Part shown: positions 8,883-18,827 of the stretch, piece after piece
Numbering within the stretch: position 1 is the stretch's first letter
How the letters are laid out: each line of letters opens with the position of its first letter
NCBI GenBank assembly: GCA_031258785.1
Contig: JAIRMJ010000014.1
Span: forward strand, 8,759 to 72,758
Direction: 5' to 3'
DNA: 64,000 nucleotides
Origin: Holosporales bacterium
GTDB taxonomy: Bacteria > Pseudomonadota > Alphaproteobacteria > RUG11792
Program-made: the position numbers and the translations under genes
Notes under the pieces: generated by a model
Told to the model about the DNA's origin: nothing
Database searches by the model: none
What the model saw: the letters and a program-made list of their open reading frames with translations, nothing else

Positions 8883-10289
8883 ATGGACTCATTTGAATCT
8901 TCCGTAGGTGTTCCGCTAAGAGGGAACAATGGCTTAAAATTATATAATACCCTCACCGGACAGTTAGAGAAATTCATCCCAATTGACGAGAATGAAATCA
9001 AAATGTATGTCTGTGGACCGACTGTGTATGGTCTCATGCATGTAGGGAATGCGCGTGCTGCCGTGGTCTTTGATGTTTTATATAGGGTCCTAAGGTCCCT
9101 CTATGAACGAGTGACATATGTTCGAAATATCACAGATGTTGACGACAAGATATATGCAGCAGCCACTGAAAGGCACGTTAGTATAACCGAGCTAACGAGC
9201 GAGACCATTGCTGCCTATCATGAAGACCTGGAGAAATTGAACGTTTTGCCAGCTGATCATGAACCACGAGTAACTGAAAATATGCGGGAGATCATCGACT
9301 TTGTTGTGGCATTGATAGATAACAAAAGTGCGTACATAACTGGTGGTCATGTTTATTTCGATGTCTCGTCTTTTGCGCAATATGGAGCGTTGTCTAAGAA
9401 GAATACTGATGATTTGTTCGTTGGGGCAAGGGTCGATGTCTCCGAGTTGAAGAGGAGTGCATTGGACTTTGTTTTATGGAAACCTGCTGATGAAAAATTC
9501 AGTCTAGGGTGGGAGAGTCCCTGGGGAAAGGGCAGGCCTGGCTGGCACATAGAATGTTCTGCAATGGCTCTGAAGTATCTCGGAGATAGTTTTGATATCC
9601 ATGGTGGCGGAATGGACCTCATATTCCCTCATCATGAAAATGAGATTGCGCAGTCACTTTCAAAGAACGGGAAGAAGGCAATGGCAAATTACTGGGTACA
9701 TAACGGACACCTAACGATTAACGGTGCCAAGATGTCCAAATCTCTGGGAAACTTCGTGACTGTGCGGGATTTATGCGCAAAATACGATGGAGAAGTCATT
9801 AGATTGGCTTTGTTGATGACTCACTATGCGGCCCCCATGAATTTTGAACCTGCTTCACTGGAGCAGGCGAAGAACATATTGGATCGTTGGTATACGGCAA
9901 TCCGAAATGTTCCATCAATTCAACCGACTGAAAACATTGACGAGGACGTATTTAAGGCTCTCGCGGACGATATGAATACCCCCAAGGCTATCTCGATCTT
10001 GAGCGCGAAGGTGGACGACATCAACAAGACAGATAACAAATCAAAACTAGTATCCTCCCTAGCCAACACGTGCAGAAAATGTCTCGGACTCATGACAAGA
10101 GACCCAGAAGAATGGTTCTGTGGCGTCCCCTTAGAGATGAAGGCGTGGATAAAATCCAAAATTGCCGAGCGAGTACAGGCGAAAAAAGCATGTGACTTCA
10201 AAAGAGCAGATGCGATCCGTGCTGAGCTCTTTCAAAGAGGAATTGCGATAGAAGATACTCAACATGGCACTATTTGGAAAACAACTTAG
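8883..10289 (+). CDS. cysS: Cysteine--tRNA ligase
   Basis: HIGH-type motif (CGPTVYGLMHVGNAR) and KMSKS (AKMSKSLGN). The track start at 8772 overlaps grpE, so I prefer ATG at 8883 (MDSFESS). Confidence 0.95.
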   Translation: MDSFESSVGVPLRGNNGLKLYNTLTGQLEKFIPIDENEIKMYVCGPTVYGLMHVGNARAAVVFDVLYRVLRSLYERVTYVRNITDVDDKIYAAATERHVSITELTSETIAAYHEDLEKLNVLPADHEPRVTENMREIIDFVVALIDNKSAYITGGHVYFDVSSFAQYGALSKKNTDDLFVGARVDVSELKRSALDFVLWKPADEKFSLGWESPWGKGRPGWHIECSAMALKYLGDSFDIHGGGMDLIFPHHENEIAQSLSKNGKKAMANYWVHNGHLTINGAKMSKSLGNFVTVRDLCAKYDGEVIRLALLMTHYAAPMNFEPASLEQAKNILDRWYTAIRNVPSIQPTENIDEDVFKALADDMNTPKAISILSAKVDDINKTDNKSKLVSSLANTCRKCLGLMTRDPEEWFCGVPLEMKAWIKSKIAERVQAKKACDFKRADAIRAELFQRGIAIEDTQHGTIWKTT

Positions 10290-10305
10290 CAAATACTCAT
10301 ATCTA

Positions 10306-10824
10306 ATGATCATCTCGTTTTTTGGAGTTGGATTCATCAGCAAAAAAATGCCTGGAACGGTCGGCTCTCTCGTGGCAACGTTGATGGCAGTGTTGATAGT
10401 GGCGGCCACACCAAATTCATGCGCCATTTTTTGGGCAATTACTGTTACTACGTTCGTTGTCGGTGTATGGGGATGTGATCGGTACATTGTGAGGTACAGG
10501 CACGAGATTGATAGGGACCCAAAATACGTTGTGATAGATGAGGTTTGCGGGATATTTTGTGGATATTCAATGGTGTATCCCATAGTCTCATTCCTTGGGG
10601 CTAAGCCAATTGTTGCGCTTTTCATCAATTTTGCAATGTTCAGGGGATTCGACATACTCAAACCATTTTCAATAAAAAAGCTAGAAAAAATATTGGCGAG
10701 AAACGATAATACCGTCGGGTTTGGTATAATGGTGGACGACATCCTCGCTGCAGTTTACGCTGCTTTGGGGCACGTGGTGTTGTTAGTGTTATGGGTAGGA
10801 TACAACTACTTAGTGACGAGATAG
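10306..10824 (+). CDS. pgpA: Phosphatidylglycerophosphatase A
   Basis: FGVGFISKKMPGTVGSLVA...IDEVCGIF...GFDILKPFSIKKLEK...GFGIMVDDILAAVYA. Start is either 10264 or ATG at 10306. Confidence 0.85.
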   Translation: MIISFFGVGFISKKMPGTVGSLVATLMAVLIVAATPNSCAIFWAITVTTFVVGVWGCDRYIVRYRHEIDRDPKYVVIDEVCGIFCGYSMVYPIVSFLGAKPIVALFINFAMFRGFDILKPFSIKKLEKILARNDNTVGFGIMVDDILAAVYAALGHVVLLVLWVGYNYLVTR

Positions 10825-12593
10825 TCAATCAGATAGCGGCCGGCGAAATCGTTGAAAGACCATTTTCTGCATTGAAAGAACTTGTTGAGAACTCGCTTGA
10901 CGCTGAGGCAAAGAATATCGATATCTTCCTGAAAAATGGCGGAAAATCCAAAATTGTGGTGAATGATGATGGAATAGGCATGGAGAAAGATGATCTGATG
11001 ATCGCGATAAAAAGGCATGCCACATCGAAGCTGAATGGTTCAAATTTGTTTGATATAAGGAGCTACGGTTTCAGGGGAGAAGCGCTACCGTCAATTGCAT
11101 CCGTTAGTAATTTCTCCATAGAATCCAATGGATTTGGTGTAGGCGTGAATTTCTCTGAGGAGACAGACGTATTCCCATCTCCTGTACTGAATGGAACACG
11201 CGTCACTGCAGAGAATCTGTTTTCCAGGATACCTGCTAGGCTGAAGTTCCTAAAATCCGACAGTGCTGAGTTGAACGACTGCGTTTCAGTGATCGAAAAC
11301 ATCGCTATCACGAGCGAATCTGTTAATTTTGTGTTAAGGACAGACGAAAAGACTGTGATTTCATTCAAAAACGACTCAGTTACGAGCAGGATAGCTTCCA
11401 TTTTTGGGAAAGAGATTTTCGAACGAGCTATCTATTTTGCAGAGAATGAGAAAAACCTCTCAGTGAGCGGCTACCTGTTCCACCCAATGGATACGAGGTA
11501 TTCCAGGAATTTTCAGCGTGTCTTTGTAAACAAAAGAATTGTCAATGACAAGATAGTGTCTGCCTCCATTAGAAATGCATACAAGGAGCTGATTCCTTCG
11601 GGTAGATTTGCCATCGCTGTCGTATTCATTGAAATCGATCCATTTCACGTAGATTCCAATGTATCTCCCACAAAATCAGAGGTACGATTCAGAGATGGCG
11701 CGTATATTCAGAAGTTTCTGACCAACTCAGTGAAGAAACACCTGTCTAAATTTGATCGAGTGGCTGTGGATTTTGATTTCTCAAGAGTTGTGCCATTCAC
11801 TAAGATTAAAACATCTACCATCGCCTCATCTAAGGCTTCTGCTCCAGTGCTTCCGATTACCAACAGGGGATATTCGTTACCACATGAGGACGATGAGGTC
11901 GTGTTTTCGAACGGCGCCGCTAGAGTAGCGCAATCGGCTCCATTAGCAACGTACGCGTCTCCCGGGGTATCACCAGAGATACCTGACTGCAATCCGTTAT
12001 ACGCACCATCAATCGAGGATGATAATGAGAATTTCTTTGGAGAACCGATCGCACAAATTTTCGATACATATATCATAGCGAAGACAAGCGACGCACTGAT
12101 TATCATCGATCAGCATGCTGTTCATGAGAAAATCGTGCAGGAAAAGATTGTGAGGAACTTGAACAGGAGCAATAAGCAATATATTACAAAGCCGGAGCTC
12201 ATGGAACTCACAACGACGCAGTTAGCAGTGGCTCGTGCAATAATTAACCATATTGGCGAATGCGGCTTCCATGTGGAGATTGTGCAAAAAGCGCTGTTGA
12301 TCTCTGCGATTCCAACTGTTCTGGATAGCGACGAAGCAATCAGATTTCTCAATGATGTCTTGGAGGCTCACGACAACATCGAAAATATTGACATCGTCTC
12401 ATTCATGAAACGCGGGATAGCAAGCATCGCATGCCACAACAGCATCAGGGCTGGCCGTAAGCTCTCATTTGGCGAAATGTCTGAGCTGTTGAAGCAGATG
12501 GCGAAAACCAAGACTATCCATCAATGTAATCACCATCGTCTCAGTTTTATTAAGATCACAAAGAAGCAACTCAACAAAATGTTCGATCGTTAG
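10791..12593 (+). CDS. mutL: DNA mismatch repair protein MutL
   Basis: IQLLSDEIVNQIAAGEIVERPFSALKELVENSLDA is the GHKL ATPase N-terminus. 600 aa. Confidence 0.95.
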   Translation: MGRIQLLSDEIVNQIAAGEIVERPFSALKELVENSLDAEAKNIDIFLKNGGKSKIVVNDDGIGMEKDDLMIAIKRHATSKLNGSNLFDIRSYGFRGEALPSIASVSNFSIESNGFGVGVNFSEETDVFPSPVLNGTRVTAENLFSRIPARLKFLKSDSAELNDCVSVIENIAITSESVNFVLRTDEKTVISFKNDSVTSRIASIFGKEIFERAIYFAENEKNLSVSGYLFHPMDTRYSRNFQRVFVNKRIVNDKIVSASIRNAYKELIPSGRFAIAVVFIEIDPFHVDSNVSPTKSEVRFRDGAYIQKFLTNSVKKHLSKFDRVAVDFDFSRVVPFTKIKTSTIASSKASAPVLPITNRGYSLPHEDDEVVFSNGAARVAQSAPLATYASPGVSPEIPDCNPLYAPSIEDDNENFFGEPIAQIFDTYIIAKTSDALIIIDQHAVHEKIVQEKIVRNLNRSNKQYITKPELMELTTTQLAVARAIINHIGECGFHVEIVQKALLISAIPTVLDSDEAIRFLNDVLEAHDNIENIDIVSFMKRGIASIACHNSIRAGRKLSFGEMSELLKQMAKTKTIHQCNHHRLSFIKITKKQLNKMFDR

Positions 12594-13828
12594 CTCGTTG
12601 GCTCAGTTTTCGCTTCCTCCTCATTTTTCTTCTCGTCATGAGTTGGGAGATTATCGTCACTATTTTCTTTGTCTTGCGCCACATCTTCGGTGGCTGCATT
12701 TTCCCTATCAGCAGCACTTGTTTCAGTTTCGCTCCCTCGGTCTGGGGACACGGCTTCTTCATTTGCTTTTGCAGGGCCGCTAGAATCCGCTACAGCCGGC
12801 CCTGTTTGCTCGGTCGTTGTGTCATCAATAGGCGCTGGAGTTGTTGCTGCCGTGGGATCTTCGCCGATCGGTGTTTTCGCTTGTGACTCGAGTGATACGA
12901 ATTCTTTTTTGAATTCTTCAAACGCTTGGTTCAACTCCGTCCTCTTCCTCAGGCCAGCTTCCAAGGTACTCAGTTCCTCGTTCTCCAGTTTAATTCTGAC
13001 CAGCAGATCCAGTGCATCGCCTGGTTTTTTATCTACCACTTTCTCATGAGCCTGATTAAACAGTTCTTCATCACTAGCCTCGCCAGCAATCGCCGCTCCG
13101 TCCTGCTTCCTGATAGTGATTGCCTTGTTTATCTTCTCCTTAATGACGCGTTTCTGCTTCTCCCAGAAGGACTCTTTAGGGTGAGTATGGAATACGTTCA
13201 GGGAGACGCTGATAAACTCCTTCTCCAAGGTATTTATAGACTTCACGTGTTGCTTTGCGAATTTCATGAACGTGCCACTGGAAGCGTACTTCTTCATGTC
13301 TATCGTTTCGTCGCAGCTGGCTACGAAGCTTTCAAACGGGGCGCCGTCATTAACCATGTTTTCAAGAGTTTGAATGAAGTCGATCTTTGCTGCTGGCAGC
13401 GTCTTCACTGCTTCATCTGGGACGCTTGGCCTGATATGCAACTCCGTTTTTATAATGTCTATATCGCGTTGCATAGTGGCCAGGCTTGTGTATACGTATG
13501 ATGAGTTTCCCTTATCCAGTTTTAGGTCAGTCTTCAATGACTCAAGTGCAGTGCTGACCGATGCTATTGTTTCAGCTATGGATTTTACTCTGTTATCGAG
13601 TGAGGTGTAATCCTCCGTTATGCTGTGGATCTTTTCTTCGTGGTAGTTTATTCCGACCTTCATTATGACGAAGACAGTAACAATAGAGATGAGTGCACAT
13701 AGTATGCAGCACGTCATCAGCTTTTTGTCCAGAATGTTCATATCGAAGCAACATTTCTCTATCTTCGGGTCCTTTGTCCCGCACACCGTTGTTTTCTCGC
13801 TAGTATTAGATTTTTTCTCTTCTGCCAT
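12590..13828 (-). CDS. Membrane-anchored coiled-coil protein with an acidic T/P/E/D-rich tail (possibly alpha-Mic60/HemX-like)
   Basis: 412 aa with one TM (LMTCCILCALISIVTVFVIMKV) and long helical regions. The C-terminal roughly 100 aa are low complexity. Its stop codon overlaps the mutL stop, convergently. Confidence 0.7.
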   Translation of the reverse strand: MAEEKKSNTSEKTTVCGTKDPKIEKCCFDMNILDKKLMTCCILCALISIVTVFVIMKVGINYHEEKIHSITEDYTSLDNRVKSIAETIASVSTALESLKTDLKLDKGNSSYVYTSLATMQRDIDIIKTELHIRPSVPDEAVKTLPAAKIDFIQTLENMVNDGAPFESFVASCDETIDMKKYASSGTFMKFAKQHVKSINTLEKEFISVSLNVFHTHPKESFWEKQKRVIKEKINKAITIRKQDGAAIAGEASDEELFNQAHEKVVDKKPGDALDLLVRIKLENEELSTLEAGLRKRTELNQAFEEFKKEFVSLESQAKTPIGEDPTAATTPAPIDDTTTEQTGPAVADSSGPAKANEEAVSPDRGSETETSAADRENAATEDVAQDKENSDDNLPTHDEKKNEEEAKTEPTS

Positions 13829-13888
13829 TTGCGTCCTCTCCCACTTAAAAATTAATGCTTACACACAAGCAGAACGACATGCGCCCAC

Positions 13889-14635
13889 CTACTTTGATCC
13901 TAAATTATGAAAAACCTTTTGTACATCGTCATTATCTTCCAACATGTCAATTAGCTTTAGCAATGTTGCTTTTGTGTCTTCCGAACATGAGACGCTCGTT
14001 AATGGTTTCCAGATCAGTCCCGATTCCACTGGGCTTCCGAATTCCTTCACAAATGCCTCTCGTATGCGAGCAAAAGTCTCCATTGGAGTGGTTATCTCTA
14101 TGTACTGCTCATTAGTCTCTTCACCTTGTCCTTCAAACTCTTCGACGTCCTCTGCTCCAGCTTCAGTTGCAACTCCAAATGCTTTGTCAAATCCGCCCGG
14201 TATAGTTTTGTATATCAAACTACCGACCTGTTTAAACGAAAACGCAACGCTCCCGGTTTCTCCAAGGTTGCCACCAAACTTCGTGAACACTGATCTGATA
14301 TCAGATGCTGTGCGGTTCCTGTTATCCGTTAATGTCTCAACTACAATCGTGATTCCACCAGGTCCGTATCCCTCATATCTGACCGCATCATAATTTGCTG
14401 CGGCAGCATCGGTTGCCGCCCTTGCCATAGCTCTCTCGATGTTGTCTTTCGGCATATTATTTTCGCGTGCCAACGAAAGGGCAGCACGTAGTCTTGGATT
14501 CGCGGATGCATCGTCTCCACCGATCTTGGTAGCCACTGTGATTTCGCGAGCTATCTTGGCAAACATCTTAGCTCTCTTGGCGTCCTGAGCTCCTTTCCTG
14601 TACATTATATTGTGAAATTGAGAGTGCCCAGCCAT
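13889..14635 (-). CDS. yebC: YebC/PmpR family DNA-binding transcriptional regulator
   Basis: MAGHSQFHNIMYRKGAQDAKRAKMFAKIAREITVA...NPRLRAALSLARENNMPKDNIERA. I prefer the start at MAGHSQF (14635) over the track start at 14695. Confidence 0.93.
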   Translation of the reverse strand: MAGHSQFHNIMYRKGAQDAKRAKMFAKIAREITVATKIGGDDASANPRLRAALSLARENNMPKDNIERAMARAATDAAAANYDAVRYEGYGPGGITIVVETLTDNRNRTASDIRSVFTKFGGNLGETGSVAFSFKQVGSLIYKTIPGGFDKAFGVATEAGAEDVEEFEGQGEETNEQYIEITTPMETFARIREAFVKEFGSPVESGLIWKPLTSVSCSEDTKATLLKLIDMLEDNDDVQKVFHNLGSK

Positions 14636-14821
14636 GCCATGCCAATACGCGTCCATACCACTGTATATTTTAACAGAGGTGTTGCTGGTGGGCAAGCATT
14701 TGCCAACCCCGTGACGTCACGTGTTATCTGACTTATGGTTCTTTCGCTATGAAAAAAATTGCAACTTTGTCCGTATCCCATTGTGTTTACGGCCGGCCAT
14801 GATGTCCTTTATATTAGGCCT

Positions 14822-16393
14822 CTACCTTCTACCAACCTGGGCGGTCTTTGCGTACTGTTCCACATCTCCGTCGAATTGAGAAACAGAGCCATTGGCAACG
14901 ACAAAGATTGAATTTGCAACCCTGTTCAAAAAATGTCTGTCGTGCGTTATCAAGATTACTGCCCCATTGTAAGAGGTCAACGTTGTGATAAGCGACTCTC
15001 GCATTTCAATGTCTAGGTGGTTTGTCGGCTCGTCCAATATGAGCAGATTCGGAGCGTCTAGTGTCAATGTTGCAAAAACGAGACGCGCCAGTTCCCCACC
15101 AGAGAGCTCTTTGAGAAGCTGGAATACCTTGTTTCCCTGAAACCCAAAGCGTCCCAGGTGTGCGCGTATCTGTCTATCTATGAGTCCAGAAGAGGAGTCC
15201 CTTATGTAGTCGTACAATGTTATTGCCATATCGAGCTTTTCGAAGATATCTTGTTTGTAAAATCCGATCTTTAGCTTGCTATTGGCTTCACGTGTCCCTT
15301 TTTTAGGGCGTAATTCTCCTGCCAGGAATTTGGCAAACGTCGTTTTCCCATTGCCATTCGCTCCGACGATTGCAATGCGGTCGTCGCTCATGATGGCCCC
15401 TGAAATATTTTTCAGGATAATTTCCGATCCATAGCTGAGCGATACGCTATCATAGGAAAGAATGCTAGACGAAAGTATCGGATTCGGCTCAGGAAAATTG
15501 AATGAAATCGTCGGATCACCTTGATCAACTGGGATAAATTTCATCTTATAGATGGCTTTTAGGCGGCTTTGCGCCTGCCTAGCCTTTGTTGCTTGCGCTC
15601 CAAAACGTTTCACATAGGCCAGCATGTGCTCGCGTTTTGCTTCCATCTTTGCATTGTACGCCTCAATATTTTTTTGTTTGAGCGTATAATTTTCGATAAA
15701 TGCGTCAAAGTCTCCGTTGTATCGTGTAATTTTCTTGTTCTTCAGATGTAGGATCGCGTCTACAACATCATTCAGAAAATCACGATCGTGAGATACGATG
15801 ATAAAGCTTTTTTGGTAAGATTTGAGGAAATCTCTCAGCCAATCTGAGGTTTCCAAGTCTAGATGGTTCGTTGGCTCATCAAGTAGCAATAGATCTGGCT
15901 CTTGAAACAAGATGGCTCCGAGAGCGACCCGCATACGAATCCCCCCTGAAAAATTACGAATCGGAATGTTCTGGGATACTTCGTCAAATCCAAGGCCTCT
16001 CAATACTATGGCGGCTCTGGATTCTGCCTCAAAAGCCTTTATACGAATTAGCTGATCGTAAATTTCAGCGAATAACTCTGGGTTATCAGAGTTTTCTTCA
16101 AGCTGCTTCAGAAGCTTTGCCCGTCTTACATCCTGAGATAACAGAAATGCGCGCGGCGTCATGTCTCCATCAGGCATCTCCTGCCTCACAGAAAGGATGA
16201 GTCTATCGCTTTCTACCCTAATTTTCCCTCCATCAGGTTCTAGCTCTTTCAAAATAATCTTGAATAAGGTCGATTTGCCACTGCCGTTGCGTCCCACAAG
16301 GCCAATATGTTGCCTGCCGCTGAGCTGAAGATCAACTCCCTCTAAAATGGACTTGCCAGCAATGCTAAAATTTGCGCCTTGCAGGGTAAGCAT
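14822..16393 (-). CDS. ABC-F family ATPase (two ABC domains, no TM)
   Basis: Two Walker A motifs (GRNGSGKST, GANGNGKTT). Two signature/Walker B pairs (FSGGIRMRVAL...LLLLDEPTNHLD and LSGGELARLVF...LLILDEPTNHLD). Confidence 0.9.
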   Translation of the reverse strand: MLTLQGANFSIAGKSILEGVDLQLSGRQHIGLVGRNGSGKSTLFKIILKELEPDGGKIRVESDRLILSVRQEMPDGDMTPRAFLLSQDVRRAKLLKQLEENSDNPELFAEIYDQLIRIKAFEAESRAAIVLRGLGFDEVSQNIPIRNFSGGIRMRVALGAILFQEPDLLLLDEPTNHLDLETSDWLRDFLKSYQKSFIIVSHDRDFLNDVVDAILHLKNKKITRYNGDFDAFIENYTLKQKNIEAYNAKMEAKREHMLAYVKRFGAQATKARQAQSRLKAIYKMKFIPVDQGDPTISFNFPEPNPILSSSILSYDSVSLSYGSEIILKNISGAIMSDDRIAIVGANGNGKTTFAKFLAGELRPKKGTREANSKLKIGFYKQDIFEKLDMAITLYDYIRDSSSGLIDRQIRAHLGRFGFQGNKVFQLLKELSGGELARLVFATLTLDAPNLLILDEPTNHLDIEMRESLITTLTSYNGAVILITHDRHFLNRVANSIFVVANGSVSQFDGDVEQYAKTAQVGRR

Positions 16394-16605
16394 GTGTCTT
16401 TCTCATTGTCTCCTTTTATAACTTTATACAAGGAATCAGCTACTTTGTAAAAGCACAAAGGTCTGACACATGGTTTTAGTTGTTGTTTGATGCATTCGCG
16501 GCGTGTTGTGTAAGAGCTAAAGATATCGTTACTGGCAGGAGCTAGCCTTTCATGGAGATCATGATGAGAGCAACACAAACTCGCTGGTTAGTAATACATG
16601 CTCCT

Positions 16606-17721
16606 TCATCTCTTCGCCAGGATCAGGCAACTGCCGAGTGCTATAAGACATGGGACAACAAAGGCTGCTATGCTGATTGGTATTTGTTCGCTCTCGCCAT
16701 ATGCAATGAGAATGTTGTTGAAAAAGTAGATTGGGAAGGAGGCGGCTATCAAGACAGCGATTTTTAATGAGTATCGTTTGTTGTTCCTTGGATTGTAGTT
16801 TTGGCAAAATGCTGTTGTTAACAGTACAAATGCAAACATTTGCAGAATAGAGGAAAGGCGCACGAACCAGGTGACTACGTGTTTGATGCTGGACAGCCCG
16901 ACACTCTCAAGCATACTCGCGTATTTTTTGATGCTCCAGAATGAGATGCTGTTTGGATTCGCGACCATTTGTTGAATATCAGAGAGCGTCAGATTCGTCG
17001 GGATCTCCTCGATTGGAGCGAAGCTTTTATTGCCATCCATATCGATTTTCCGTGCCTCTAAGAAGTGCCATTTACCACCATAGATAGAGGCAGTCCTGGC
17101 ATATGTAGTAGATTGTAGTTCGTGATTCTTGGAAAACTGGAAGACACCGATGTTGCGGAGTGCAGATACTTTTAGATCAAACAGTTTCGCGTAGATAATG
17201 TACGACTTGCCCTCATAGGAATCACGAAACCAGATTCCTTTGTTTGTTAGTGTCATGCTTTTGTCCGTTCCTCTGGAGTTCTGCTTTAATCTCATCTCCA
17301 GGTACGCTATCTTCTTGACCGAGGACGCTGAAAATTCATCAAGAACCGAGATGTAGAATACACCCAGGAGCGCCACAATGGCTAATAGCGACCTAATGAT
17401 ACCTAAACTCGTTATCCCAGAAACTTTCATCACAGTCAGTTCTAGCTTCCCATGCATGATTATGAAGAACATTATCGTGGACAGCAGAATTACAGTGGGG
17501 AAGAACGAGAACGTGCTGACCACAGTGTGCCTGACAGCAAGTTCAGTAATGACCAAATGCGAGATATTTATGCTATTTGAAAAGTACTTGCGGATTACTT
17601 CCATAATCTCAAGTATCGAGATTATGAAGAAAAAGCATAGGATCACCACGCAGAAGCAGCGCATGTAGACCTTCTTTATGTATCTCGACAATATGACCAT
17701 CATGCAGACTTTCGCCAACAA
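16606..17721 (-). CDS. lptG: LptG-like permease (YjgP/YjgQ family)
   Basis: 371 aa. It has the YjgP/YjgQ layout: N-terminal TMs, a periplasmic beta-jellyroll-like middle and C-terminal TMs. It lies immediately after lptF with an overlap. Confidence 0.75.
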   Translation of the reverse strand: MLAKVCMMVILSRYIKKVYMRCFCVVILCFFFIISILEIMEVIRKYFSNSINISHLVITELAVRHTVVSTFSFFPTVILLSTIMFFIIMHGKLELTVMKVSGITSLGIIRSLLAIVALLGVFYISVLDEFSASSVKKIAYLEMRLKQNSRGTDKSMTLTNKGIWFRDSYEGKSYIIYAKLFDLKVSALRNIGVFQFSKNHELQSTTYARTASIYGGKWHFLEARKIDMDGNKSFAPIEEIPTNLTLSDIQQMVANPNSISFWSIKKYASMLESVGLSSIKHVVTWFVRLSSILQMFAFVLLTTAFCQNYNPRNNKRYSLKIAVLIAASFPIYFFNNILIAYGESEQIPISIAAFVVPCLIALGSCLILAKR

Positions 17722-18788
17722 ATCGCAGTTATCAGTGCCGCCATGACTGCGAATATCGCCATGTAGTTATATTTTATGATGGCTGTTTGCTTCGTCGAGA
17801 TATTTATTATTGTGATGATGGCTATGTGAGCAATTATCCCGAATAGGAAGCTCCTGGCCGCGTATAATCTGCGTTTACTGTATTCACCGGGCACTATTGT
17901 GGTTAACACTATGATTAATGTGTTAAGTAGGGGGATGAGAGGGGTTGTGAGGCGTGAATGGTACTCCGCGATGTAATTCCGCCTCAATTCCTGATCTGTT
18001 GTAGTCAGAGCTGCTTGCCGCAGTTCGGTTTGCGTCTTGCTGGCTGCTTTGCGCCCACCTGTGTAATATCGTCTAAAAAATGGCGTGATATCGTAAGTAA
18101 ACTCTGCGAATCTTAACGATGAGATAACTGCGTTTTTCTCGTCCAGTTCCTGCCTGCAGCCTGCATGGAGCACTACGAACACATTCTCATTTTCCTGCAC
18201 GTAGTGTCCACTCTTAGCGGTAATCACGCTTGTATGTGTGCCAAGATGCTTTGGAGCGTGCAAGATGAATACTTCTTCGATGCTTACCTCATTCTTGGCT
18301 CCAACATAGATGACTGCGTCTCCGACCATATTGAAAATCCCGGGCTTGATGATGGACATAGATATTTGATTCTTGATATCCGTCTGTGCTGCCTCAAATT
18401 CTTTATAGGCATATGGAGCAAGAGAGATCTGCACACAAAGGAGGATGGCCGCCACTGCTGTTGCAAATGCCATGACTGGTGTTGCAATGGATGCAGCACT
18501 GCTTCCTGACGTCATAAAAACGATAAGCTCCTTGTCCACCCGCATTTTGTTGATAACTATAATTGACGAGATTAGTGCACATATTGGCAGTACAATCTCC
18601 GTTATCCTGGGCAAGACTAGAATGACCAGTTTGAAGAATATCGATAGAGTTACATTGTCTGTGACGATCATCCCCACGTATTTCACGGCCAGTGTTATCC
18701 ATCCCATGATGATGACCACTGGGGCTATTACGAGGAACGAGACCACTAACTTCCTGAGTATGTACCTGAATCCTATTGCAGACAGCAT
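17700..18788 (-). CDS. lptF: LptF-like permease (YjgP/YjgQ family)
   Basis: 362 aa. FRYILRKLVVSFLVI...LPRITEIVLPICALISSIIVINKMRVDKELIVFMTSGSS is a typical YjgP/YjgQ N-terminus. Confidence 0.75.
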   Translation of the reverse strand: MLSAIGFRYILRKLVVSFLVIAPVVIIMGWITLAVKYVGMIVTDNVTLSIFFKLVILVLPRITEIVLPICALISSIIVINKMRVDKELIVFMTSGSSAASIATPVMAFATAVAAILLCVQISLAPYAYKEFEAAQTDIKNQISMSIIKPGIFNMVGDAVIYVGAKNEVSIEEVFILHAPKHLGTHTSVITAKSGHYVQENENVFVVLHAGCRQELDEKNAVISSLRFAEFTYDITPFFRRYYTGGRKAASKTQTELRQAALTTTDQELRRNYIAEYHSRLTTPLIPLLNTLIIVLTTIVPGEYSKRRLYAARSFLFGIIAHIAIITIINISTKQTAIIKYNYMAIFAVMAALITAICWRKSA

Positions 18789-18827
18789 CTATCTGCCCCT
18801 TGCAGCCCAGTTGCATTGCGATCTACT

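Noticed and set aside
10131-10742. 203-aa minus-strand ORF
   Set aside because: It is antisense to the cysS 3' end and pgpA. The plus-strand genes carry clear family motifs.
12598-13610. Several plus-strand ORFs (61-191 aa) inside the 412-aa gene
   Set aside because: They are mutually overlapping shadow ORFs antisense to a long ORF with a coherent TM/coiled-coil architecture. They have low-complexity Ser/Leu/Phe-rich translations.
14711-14723. Perfect 10-bp palindrome GTGACGTCAC overlapping CACGTG, upstream of yebC
   Set aside because: Short palindromes of this size occur by chance in 64 kb. There is no second copy and no known regulator link. It is noted only as a possible operator.
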